Made by a program: the position numbers and the translations under genes
Shown here: piece by piece, positions 37,601 through 49,440 of the stretch
How the letters are laid out: each line of letters begins with the position of its first letter
Numbering within the stretch: position 1 is the stretch's first letter
Notes under the pieces: generated by a model
The model's database searches: none
Seen by the model: the letters and a program-made list of their open reading frames with translations, nothing else
What the model was told of the DNA's origin: nothing
Assembly: GCA_040954595.2 (NCBI GenBank)
Contig: CM082587.2
Span: 649,522-713,521, forward strand
DNA: 64,000 nt
Reading direction: 5' to 3'
From: Balanoglossus misakiensis
Lineage: Eukaryota > Animalia > Hemichordata

Positions 37601-39505
37601 ATGTCCGCATACTTTTGAACGCGGGAGTTCTGTCAAGTTTCAGAAGGACCCCGGTGTGGGGACAACACTGACCCCGGCCACAAACAGACCCAGTGAGTGT
37701 TTTACTTTCGTGGACAACAGCAAATATTGAAGCGGAAAGTTGACATGATCGTACCAAAATCATAAAACCCAACCCGCAAAAGTGATTAAATTTTTACGCG
37801 TACTTTGTACGAGGAGAGCGAGTTGGACTGGGGTTAGCATAGAACAAACATTGTGTATAGGGAACATATGTTCATTTAACGCCCGTGTCCTTCAGGACTA
37901 AATTTGGGCGTTTTGTTTGTTTGAGTTCGTGAGCTCGAGTCCCTTTTCAATTGCTTGCAATTGAGTTTTTATACACCAAATAAACAAACCGTCTACGTGT
38001 GTATTTCTCCATGTGTTCCCCGCAACTATGATCCCATAATATGGTGTGACGTGTGCATATGTAAAAATCGAAACTCCAGATGGCTGCGATCTTCCTGAAT
38101 AATTGCTTCCAAAATATGAGGGTCCCATTCCGTAATTAACTTGTTTGTTCATTTATGGCTGAATAGCCACTGGTATTGTCCATTTACATTCAGCTAATAC
38201 AGGGATATTTATTCTTGTCGATGAAATAGCGCTGGTAGACGGCTTATTGCAATGTGTTTTGTGGCCAGAGTTGTTTATAACGCACCATCTAATGAGTAAG
38301 TTGTCCAGTAATTATAAAAGTAGCTGGTACTGTCAACAGTTTGAAATAAAAAAAGACAATAAGGAATCGCACCTGTTTTTTTAACATTTGTATTGACGTT
38401 TTACCCAGACCACTTTACGCCTCAAATAACCCGAGGTTCTTAGCACAAACTCGAAAAATTGAAACAAAATTTATATCAAATTGACAGGTACCGTATATTT
38501 TAATTATTATTAGCCAAATGATTTAGTACAGAGCCACCCTTTTTTATCGCCATTTCCATTGTAAATGGGGGGGGGGATATTATGAGTGATGGTGTTAAAA
38601 CTCAAATTATAATTTAACAGATAACTGATTTTGGGTCACTGGCCTGGTGACAGTGTTCATGATTTTTGTGGCGAATACTATTTTTGATGACTTGGCAATA
38701 TAATGCAACAATCGATGGGAGTAAATTTTCAAAACATGAATACTTTACCATCTTTACAACGTGTTTTCAACCAAACTTATAGAATAGCTGTCAATAAAGG
38801 GCATCATTTAAGTGCTAAAACACAATTTCCTCAGCTTCAAATTGCTTTGGTACTTCAATAAGCGGCAGAGTTGATCACTGCCCTCACCAGAGACAAAATA
38901 GTCGCTCAGAAAAGACGCTGTAGTTTGGCAACTATTTTTAGATGTAAGCTCAATCACAGACGAAGAAAGGAAGTTTAAAATTAAAGATAGTCGTGTCGTG
39001 AAGTCTAAAGATGATCTGGGCGCTCGTTAACGTTGAACACTGGGGTCTCGATGCCAGTGATATCGATGCTGTGATTAATTTCAATTATTATTGGCGAGAT
39101 AATTAAAGCAAAGCAGCTATATCTAATACCGGAGAATACCGGTTAAACAGGGCAGACAGGATATTAGGTGACCTGGTCAGAAAGAGCGCGTCTATATATC
39201 ACACTGGTGTCTGGAAAATAGAAAATCTAATCAAGTGAGACCCACTTTAATTAGTTCGCGCTTATCATTATACTTAAGCTAATATTAAATGCCTTTAATT
39301 GGATTAAGGTGGCCGCTATGGTCATTTTGTATGCGGACTGTGTCATCGATATCCTCCGACATGCAAACACTGAACTTTGCATCACCCCTATAACAACGTC
39401 CTGTGCGCAGGTTAAACATAATCCTTTTTTTTCCAGCACGTTTTTACTCACCGACATCTGATTAAATCTTTTATCTTTTTGTTTTGTTTTGAACAGGTGT
39501 GTTAG
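28600..39505 (+). CDS. LMO4: LIM domain only protein 4 (two LIM domains), about 168 aa
   Basis: join(28600..28636,29287..29509,33904..34141,39497..39505). Sequence CAGCGGKIIDRFLLHALDRYWHTGCLKCTCC...MILCKKDYLRLFGNTGACNACGQSIPASEFVMRAQGNVYHLKCFACSSCHNQLVPGDRF...NGNLFCEND...KVC*. It closely matches vertebrate LMO4 as I recall it, including the C-terminal KVC. All Zn ligands are intact. Confidence 0.93.
29287..29509 (+). CDS. LMO4: LMO4 LIM1 exon
   Basis: Pyrimidine tract plus ttgcag acceptor; donor AG|GTAAGT (phase 2). An alternative start ATG lies at 29292. Confidence 0.95.
33904..34141 (+). CDS. LMO4: LMO4 LIM2 exon
   Basis: Acceptor tttgcag, then (R)LFGNTGACNAC...GIRARNK, donor GTAAGG (phase 0). 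Confidence 0.95.
39497..39505 (+). CDS. LMO4: LMO4 terminal coding exon (Val-Cys-stop)
   Basis: Long T-rich tract, then gaacag|GTG TGT TAG; completes the KVC* end. Confidence 0.8.
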   Translation: MC

Positions 39506-41920
39506 AAGTCCGATTGGGGCAATTCAAAACCGATGTCTGCCACTGTTCGTGTGGAAGTGGTCTTCTGTCTTGAGATAGGATCTCGAAGACTGCAGAGTGC
39601 CAAGAGTGGGAAACTCCAAACTACCATGACGGACGATGTCAACTTTTTTGTGCCATTCTCCGGATAAAAGCAACCACAGGTCAGGTTGAAAGACTCTTCA
39701 AATCATGTATTATTTAAGTAAAACAAGTGTAAATACTTTTCAGAAGATGTTGATGTATTTAAAAAGGAATGTTCGACACAAAGTTGCTGTTTTGTTTATT
39801 TTCCATCGTGTGTGAAGTACCTTTCCCGGCAAATATCCTTCATTTCCATGGAAATTTGTATCGAAATTCATAGAAAATGCACCCAAGCAACCAGTAGTTT
39901 GCTGTCATTTCGACAAGCAGAGATGGCAGTGAACTTGGGTCATATAAGCCCTGTAGAGGTAAGATTTTGTATAATTTTGAATTAAAACTGCAAAAAATTA
40001 CTAGTAGTACCAAGTGCAATGTTGAGACAACTTCCTATATCAGGCATTGAGACAGAGCTTTATCATTCATTTGACCCGAGCAAAGGTCACCAGGGTGGAT
40101 AGGTGAACTTTGACCCGGGCGATTCTTCTATGTATTATTATTTGTTATTTTGTGTACATGATGCCTATTTTCTATCGGTTTAATTAAGTTCCTTACAGAA
40201 AAAGGGAACTTGACTGTTGATTGCCACCGGTGTTATGGTGCGCTTTTTGTGAGATAAATTACTTCCATGTACCAGTAATCCCTTATCAAGTTTACAACTT
40301 TCTGCTTTGCAGTCATAAGCGTATTGCATGCGAGCGTTTCAAAGAGATGTGTTGATTTCTCATAGCAATTTAAAGTTCTGTCATCAACATAAATAGAGTT
40401 GTACCAGGGCTTTGTTTAATTTATGTCTGTTGGTTGACTGCTTTGGTGAAGCATATTTTCCCTATCAGTGACATTTTGCTTGGATAGCGGTTATCCTGTT
40501 GATTTCATATACTTACAAGTGTCCACACCATTAATTCCATGGATGAGTTTGTTATCGAAAGTCTTGCGCCTCAGCCTTGATTGTTGTCATCTTGAGTTTG
40601 TTAGTTTCCACGAATACCTTGTTAGTTTCGACTCAAGAGATCATTGCACGAATAATTTTGCAAAAAATTATTTCAAAAAAGTGTCCCTGCTAGTTGACTC
40701 TTAAGATAAAGATGTTCCTCAGATTGCGAACGCATTAAATCTTCAGCATATCTTGTATTTGGAAACCTTTAGATGTTTTCATTCAGTCTCATGTGTAACA
40801 TGATTTGTATTCCCCTGCATTGAATAATCATATGTCGGCGATGTATCGCTCTTTGCGACTTTCCATTGGCAAATTAAGTAACATTTTGTCATTTGTCATG
40901 ACCACTGGCCAGATCTTGATAACCAGAAGTAATATAGGTTACTACACAGAATAATTTAATTTCTCGCATAACTAATTTGCATAGCATAAAATGAAAAGCC
41001 CGGGAAATGGCAACCAATCATAGGAATTAACCACTTTGACAGCGTATGGTGTCGGTATCAATTAATAGCCAGGTGTTCATCAAGGACAATAGCGTAGAAA
41101 GATACACCTGGCAATGACGATATCCCTGTGCAAGCTTTTACCGAACCCCATTGCCCCCAGGGTCGTCTAACAGTGACAAATGCTGCCAACCCTCTCGGGT
41201 TATTCTTGAACCTTCAGTAACGCCCCTTCCCGCGTCATTGGTTAGAAATCTTCTCTTGCGTGCAGCTTTAGTCATATAGAATTCGTGATCTCCACTGGAA
41301 TTAGTTAGCTGTATTTAAGTTAGTGATAGACTTTACCAGGTTTCAATTTATTCAGCCCGATGCTTTCAACCCTAACAGAATACTACGTGTATAATCAACC
41401 TTCCTCTAATGACAGACAATGTTCTCATCTTCACATTTTCTGAAACCTTTATATTTTTGTACAAAAACTCGAGTCTAATAGTAGTGTAAATTTGGATATT
41501 TCTTTGGTTATGGTGGTATTTTTCACCTAGAATGGTGGAATGTTTGTCCAACCATATCAAGAATGATTTTTTCATTATATTGTTATTTGTCTTGTTATCG
41601 TTGTGAATGACTGCATCCTGGTTCTGGGTTGTGCAACAGGCATCAGTCAAATGTTCGCGCCATTTTTCAATCTGTCACGTCACATTCGCAAATCCTCTGT
41701 CGCCTTTTATTTTTCTTCTCGTTTTTTATATATCACAGAGATAGAGATAAACAAAGCTATCACGTGATCACGGTTTTCTTCTGAACACAGCAACGATGTA
41801 GAGTGTATATATAATGGAAATCAGTCGGACTGCATTTGCAGACATTTTGGGGTGATCGTTATGTTGGCAATCAGCGAACTTTCAACAAAAAGTATTAAAA
41901 ATAAGTCTATCGTATATACC
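39506..41920 (+). other. LMO4: Probable LMO4 3' UTR (about 2.4 kb)
   Basis: AT-rich sequence after the stop codon. TGTAAATA at 39728 and TGTATATA at 41804 fit the Pumilio element. ATTAAA at 41894 is followed by a T-rich tract. The 3' end is inferred. Confidence 0.5.
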
Positions 41921-44900
41921 TAATCTCTCTTGTCTGGTCAACTTTTTTTGCCCCAGCTCACGTGACGTCATTGGTTTGCCCTAATTGAAACATGTTCCCC
42001 CCTTGTTTGGTTTTGGCAATTAAGCTCGGGTAGTGGCAATCTATGTCTCAAGTATGGCCGTGCTAATACCACGCTAATGGGCTCTGCTCAAAACACCAAT
42101 AATGGCCAGATTAGTGTGCGCCCTCCTTAAAAATTCAATACGATTAAGTGGAGCTGGCTTTAAGGAGGAATTCTTTTTATGGAGCGTTACTAGCTGCTCG
42201 ATTGAGCCTGGCTCAACCAGAGAGGGATTTTTATTCCGCAATTATTGCTCAGTACATTGTATTTTCTGTCAATGTATGACAACACTCCCTGTGATGATAT
42301 ATTATGGGTTGAAAATAAAATGGCGCTGGTGAAAAGACCCTTTTTCCGAAAACCTAACAAAAAATCATGACTTATTTCCATAAAAGTCGAGAACATACAT
42401 AATGAAAAAAAGTTATGTGAAAACTGTTACATCCGCAGTAACCTGCAAACGTTCAAGTATACGTTGGTCGCCTCAAAGTGGTTGTGGAACGACATCACTC
42501 AGGCTGGAAATGACACGAGAAAATGTATCCGAGATTTTGCGCGGTATCATAATCATCCAAGGCATAATCATCATCACGTGACCACTATACGATGAAGGCG
42601 AAATTTCAGTATATGACTACATTTCCGCAAGACAGAGGTATACTGTCTAATCTCGATAATTTTTTTGCCCCAGGCTCAGTGATGGAAATTAAAATGAACG
42701 GAGAAAAATGAAAATGTAACGGTACATAGAGACGAGTATAAAGCAACTTTGCAATATTATGATATTGCTTGGGTATCAGGTATTCGCGCTGGAGGGAACC
42801 GCAGAACTTCCATTTTGCTGCGCGCAATGGATTAGGGAGAAAACAATTACACGTGGGAGCTGGGGACGATGGCGCGCTATGCCCTTTAGGCTCGTGGAGA
42901 TTGTGTTGTACACCTTACGTCAAAATAGAGTACCTAGGCCATTATTCTCTTGCTCACTCCACTGCAAATTACGACAAGTCTTGTCGACGTTTTCAGACTA
43001 CAACAGAAGAGCTTAACCCTGTTGAGTCTGTCGAAAAAAGTTAAAGGCTGGCTTCAATTTTGAAATGTTGACAGAAACTAGAAGAATTCCGGGGCGAAAA
43101 AGGTAATTGGCTGTCCTTCTGCAATGAAGGAGGCAAATTGAGCTATATTTCATTCAAGAAAATAGAACTTTGGGGAAATGAAGTCGTCTTTTTACTTCCA
43201 GAGGGTCAGTACTGAGTAGTAAGCTATTTGAAAGTGTAATTACTCCAGCCTATGAATTATAGCTAGCCTTTAATGGAACAGTCATTTTGCTCTCGGCGTT
43301 ACACGACACAAAAGCAACGCAAAGGCCGCCTAGCTACTTTTTACACGAAGCTTTGTAAATCAACAGCCAATCGCTTTGAAAACTTGGCAGTGGAAATTGA
43401 AAAGGACTCCAATATGTTCTCCTGTGCGTCGAGAGCACCTGTGAGTGACTTCACAAATCTCAGCTTGATGTCCCATTAATTGATGTTCCCAACCAGGCGA
43501 CCAGACGCGTCAAACTTTTTGAAAGTCTTTCAACGTTCGACAAATGTTGAGAAATTTCAACCACGTCTTCGATTTTTGAAAAAAGGTGTCACCAAGAAAT
43601 AATAATTGTGTAAGAACAACAAAAATCTGACGATATTCCGATGACCTTAAGAGGGTGACGTCACTCCCTTACCGCTCCGGGGATCCCTTGGTCCCCTGTC
43701 AAACTTACCGTCGAGCAACGTCTAATTACGTTAACATTTTCTTCATGACGTCTTTTTCTTTAGAATTGAGGCCAAATTTTGCGTTAAATACAGCTTCTAA
43801 ATTAGATGTTGTGCCAATAATCATGATGGTACCACGGACGGTACCTCGGCGATCAATGACACCTTTTACATGTATCTTCACTCAGAATAAAAAATATCGA
43901 AGACTTTAAACGCGTGTCGACCGGGTTTGAAACATAAAATCTCTGAAAGTTTGATGCACTCAACTATCTGCAATCGATTCATCGATGGAGTATTTCGGTC
44001 GCCGAGGACACGATCGTGTTGATCGCGGGTGCAGACAAATCGACCTCCGAGTGAATTCTACGGTCAAAGGTCGTGGTCGAGGTTGACTGGTTATTTAGTT
44101 GACGCTAAGTAGAGTTTGATTTTCAGTCTTTATTTCTTTAATAATTCATCATTTTAACAGTGCATTGATCACTTATTATAAATGCCCGATTTCATTTCGC
44201 TCAGCTGAGTGGATCATATGCGACTATACCTTTACGCCTATTGGCCAATGCGAAGACCCTACTCTGCATGTAAAACCTCTCCCGTTCCCAACAGCTGGTG
44301 ATTTTATCTCTCGACACTAAAAGCAAAACCAGACACCGATTTTAATGGCAGCTGAAATTAGAATGATTCTCGCTGGAAGTCCATTTTCATTGCATGACAT
44401 TGGTATTTTGTTTTAATATCAAAACGCCCTTCTTTCACACTCCGTTCTAAGCGTTTGGCATTTCTATCTGCACGTCGTCGTACATCTGTCCGACTTGCAT
44501 ACATGTATTGTACCACGTTTTGCCACCATCTTTAAAGTCACCGGTTTGTCATGACCGCCTCAAGATCTTTTATATTTTCGGAATGATGGGACTCAGTTTG
44601 TCTAGATTTTGACAAACGCCCCACCAACCCCTTGCAATCTCTGTATGCCGTAATTGTTTTTCGCCTGTTTTACTCAATGTCAGTCACTGATTTGAGTAGC
44701 CTAAAATTGGAGCGGACATTGATGGATGGACCGGGCATTCAGAGGCGTGTTCTGTTCAGCTTGCCCGAGACACATGGATTGATGGGGTCGAGCGTGACGA
44801 CGCAGCATACTGCCTTACCTCGCTACAATTAAAATCACCGATCTCCACCCAAGCGTGCCGTTTGGATCGCAACGTTCTCGGTTTTTTTAAGGCTATAGGC

Positions 44901-47900
44901 TGCTGCCGCACACGCGCTCGCTGAAATGATGGCGGCTAAGATGCTTAGTACCTAACGTGGCAAATGTCAGAATGTAATGAGCGATGGCGAGGAAAACGGC
45001 AACGAAGACAGGATAATGGACCTGTGATATTGAAGCTCTGTTGAAACAACGAAGAGTACGGCTTTTAATGGTAAAACCCCCATGTCAGTTAAAAGCCATT
45101 AAAATCCCTCACTACTAACACAGATGGAAAATTGGTCGATTGCATTTCGTGATTTCCTTTTATCCATTTTACTGTCGTCTGCAGTTTAAAAAAATCGAAT
45201 TTATTGAAATTTTTCAGAAATTTTAGGTCGATTTCGTAAAAGAAAATCTCGACAGATTGGAAAGGGCTTCGGTCGTATTGTGTTACGCGTTGAAAAAAAA
45301 ATATGTTGAGTTATTCTCAGTGTGAAATATCGGAAAATTTGGACTGAAATATCGGCGGGAAATGGAATGACTGAAGGCGGGAACTCAAGTACAGTAAAGA
45401 TAGGCGGGTTTTTCTGAGATGGGAAATAAACAGCATGGCAGGCAGTTTTGGAGATAAAATACCAAATACAAATAGCTCATTGTGAGGCAATGGAGATATG
45501 ATTTCCAATCTGCTAGTTTGACACATAATTACTAATGGCCCACGAGATAAAATAAAAATTAAATTGATAAGGCAGGAAATTGTGGCCGATACAGATAAAT
45601 TAATCTGATGTATGATTATGCATCAACACTAAACTGGATCACAACGTGGGCCAAGTGCCGAGTACTGATTCACTGTCCCATCTGCGCATGTCCGAGACTT
45701 GCGTTTATTCATCCACCAAAACTCTTTCAGTGTTTCGTATTTCTCGGTGCTTGAAACAGATTTTTCCCTCTGAAACCTTACTGTTTTTCCACCATTTTGG
45801 TCAATGTATGTAAAAGAGCATTACAGAGCTTGCCATGGATAGGCCAAGTATGTCACGTGACGTGAGGTGTTAAACATGGCTGTTACTACTCCACAAAGAA
45901 TTTATTGTTCAATTTATTCAGGACATAACCTCAAAAAATCACTTAACCAAAAATCACAAAAAGTCAGACAAAATGATTGCTATCGAGGCTGTGTTCTGTT
46001 ACCAGCTTTTACGACCATAATGTGTTGGTATAAGGCACGAATGTCCAAAGATTTTTCGAGTAAAAATGTTGTTGTTTGCACCAAATTTTTCTAGCAGTAC
46101 TCCCCAGGGAAGCTACTCCGCCGTCCCTTGTACAAAATGGTGCGTGATAAGTTTTGAAAATTCAATATCCTGACATATTTAATAATTCTTCGCAGAAGTC
46201 AAAAATGGGTATAAAGATTCGCGTGAATACAACTCAATCATGTGGAACTCCGTAGGGCTGTCACAATGCTGTCAGATGTGAACACAGATAAGAACAGAGA
46301 ACCTATCAGTCGGGTGACAGATACTATCGCTTTCTAGATGGAAAAATTTTGAGGTCACAAATTTCAAACAATTTAGGAAGTACTTTCAGGAGAGCCTGTT
46401 AAAATAGACAACTGTTTCTCTTATCTCAGAGTAAGCTTAGTTGAGGAGATGTAAAACAGAGTAAGGCACGGCCTCTGGGAATCGCTACTTCTCATTGGTG
46501 TGTTGCGTTACGCTAATTAAGATAATTTGCATACACTTATCGCCGTGGATTGTGAGAAAGCAGCAGTTTTGAAATTGTGCTCGGCCGGGCAAAGACGCCG
46601 CGGCCCAGAAACTTCCCGCCTCGTCATTCCCTTCGTTCAGTTCTACCGACAAGAATTTTACAGCTCTCTTGTCTGGTTTTGAAAATGTGTGTGCACAGTA
46701 CACGCCACAAGCTTGGAAGGCGTCTGGACAGAGATGAAATACAGCGCGACGACAGCTGAGGCGAAACAAACCAAGGAGATTGCGAGGGCGAAATGGAGAT
46801 TTCTCCAGGCTAAATTTTTGAGAAGAACTCTTAAAATTATTGCCTATTCATGTCAAGCTCAATGGTAATTAATGACACCGCGGAACTGTAGACAAGGCAT
46901 ATAATGTGAATTGAGACGAACGAGTGGCCGTGGGTCTTGTACAAAAATATACATTCAGTCATTCTGCAGTGAACGCTTTTGCCGTTGTTGCTGTCATCCA
47001 AGCCTTTAGATTGTTCATGCCGCTTTTGGCAATTACGTAACTAAAATTATATATTATGGAAAAACAGCATTTTACCGGTTGTATGGTTCTTCAAGTTCGT
47101 TTAGTCTTGGTATTATTGAACAGAAATACACAAATGACGGTTTAATCTGCCCCAGTCTTGAGTTGGTGTAGCCTAATGCATGCTAGTCGCACAAATGTAG
47201 ACGAATATGCGTATATATAGTATCAGCTCAAAAATCAATCTTGCTTCGGTAATGGCTTTCAAATTGCCGCGGGAAAATCGTTACTTTAAAGAAAGAAAAC
47301 ATACACGCACACACATCAGTTGACTTGGTTTTTTTTCGAAGAATCCTTTGCTTCTTTAAAGTGAAAATCTTACACCGCCTACATCGTCGTCGGTGGCATA
47401 GCTGACCTAAAGTTCACGGGGTCAAATATAAGTCATCGACTCCCTAGCTTGACCTCATATTATATCAAACCACCTAGTAGAGGTTACTTGGCCACATTTC
47501 CCAGAAGACTTTATTCCCTGTGCAATTCAAGCCTACTATAGAATGAGGAACACTGCTTTAATTAATACCTCCCCGTATCGCTTTTGAATGTAGTCATGCA
47601 TTCGATTTACTTGCTATTGATGCCTTATTTAACAGTGTGTGCGTTTTTCCCTTTTCACTGACGGTAGATTGCAGTGTGCTTGTGGTTGGGAGTGAAGCGA
47701 GCTCGAGTCTCCATATAAACGTGCGCATGCTCGGCCCTTAGATTGCTCAGTATGTCACCATGCAGTGAGTTTTGTGGCCAATCATGGGCATGGTCACACG
47801 CGACTGTAATGCAACCAGGTGGTCACCTCTCACCGGTGGTTGGTTGAGTGCAAGATGGGCGCGTGGAAGTTGGCTGAAAGGAAATCATCAGCCCTAGGGA

Positions 47901-49244
47901 TAAACATACGGCACAGTCAGTTCTGTCCCTGAAAACAAATGTACATGTACCAATTTTAATATGCAGTGCACCACCGTGAAAGTTTACAACCTGCGGCAGT
48001 CACCCTGAAAGCGAAATGTAGATCTAAAATGAAACCGGAAACGGAAGTGACAGGTGCTCCTTCATCTTACTTAGAGTGATGATTGACTGCAGATAGTAAA
48101 TTTTCAGAAAGGGTAGTTAGGGGATGTCCATCGTGTTTGTTTCACAGTCTCCAAACTCGCAATTACTTTCTTTCCGTTTTCCAGTGCTTCAAGTTGCCTT
48201 CGGTTTCAGAATCCTGCCTGAGATCATGTAACACTTCGCACAAACACATGCACTGCAGTTTTCACCGAGCATTCAAACAGCTGTGACATTGCGCGCGAAT
48301 ATTATGTAGGCAGCGGCCTTTGTGTCGTCTGGAGAAATACTCAGAGAAACCATTAGATTGGCGCTCATGTTTTAGTCCCACCTTATACGGACGTGGTCCT
48401 TAATGGACACATTTACTCTCTAATCAAATGATCGTGACTAGGGTATTTTTTTCGACAGCCTTTATAAAATGCACTTTGATGCTTTCCCGCGTTATTTTGT
48501 AAAGAGGATATCGATGTACCTTTTCGAAGTTGAATGGAATCTTTAACAATCAAATCATGGCGTAAGGAGACCTGTTAACTTCGTTTAACCATTCCGTGCA
48601 ACCTGTTGTTTCTGTGCGGAAAACTCAAAAGATCCTCCCAGATGAAAAGATGTTCAGTTACGAGTGACGTTTGCAATCGGTCAAACTCTGCAAAAGAAAC
48701 GGAGGCAAAAAACAGGAATCTGCGTAATATGTAAATAACCAGCGGGTGATCATGGCAACCTAATTTCAGCGCCTGATTGATGATCTAATTGTACGTGAAA
48801 TCATGGAAACATTTCATTTCTAAACTGAAGTAAAAGCTCCGCAGTCCCTTTTCAAGGACGACAGATTATTTGTACGAGGGCATTTTTTTCCACTCAATAA
48901 TTTAAATAGTATTAATTTTGACATTGACAAAAAGGATGGGTTGCATTGAACAATGCAAAGAACAATGGCTGAAATCTGGTTGTTGTTGGTCGACAGCATT
49001 ACGAATTTAAAACTCCGACACATTTGTAATAGTTGTATTCGTCAATTTTATTTGTCAATAGCGATATAAACAGCAACAATAACACTATAACAATAACAGC
49101 TAGCAGATTATGTCCCATGTAAAATTGGAATAGTGGTCGTGAACGGAAGTGGAAACGCGCAAAGACACATGGGAGTCAGACGTGGAGATTTTCAGCAACT
49201 CCGTTACTTCATAACCTTCTCGCTGCATGCAAAGTATACAACAA

Positions 49245-49440
49245 AAAACCAATCAGCCGCCGCTGCATTATCACCCCTCCAGGACTTTGAGTAATCTTGT
49301 GATGGTTGGGGGAAAAGATCGGCAAACATGTTCCAACCAATCCAATGTCCATATTGCCATGATGACGTCTGTGTCACGTGATACAGGGCGCCGCCAAGGC
49401 TATTGGAGCAAGGTCTTCTGTTACTTAGCCCCCGCCTCTC
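49245..49440. promoter_or_regulatory. Promoter-like motif cluster with no assigned gene
   Basis: CCAAT at 49249, 49337 and 49342; ATTGG at 49402; TGACGT at 49363; GTCACGTGA at 49373; GC box GCCCCCGCC at 49428. Confidence 0.4.

Noticed and set aside
41501-41511. TCTTTGGTTAT, identical to the first 11 nt of miR-9
   Set aside because: The match stops at 11 nt and I see no convincing precursor hairpin.
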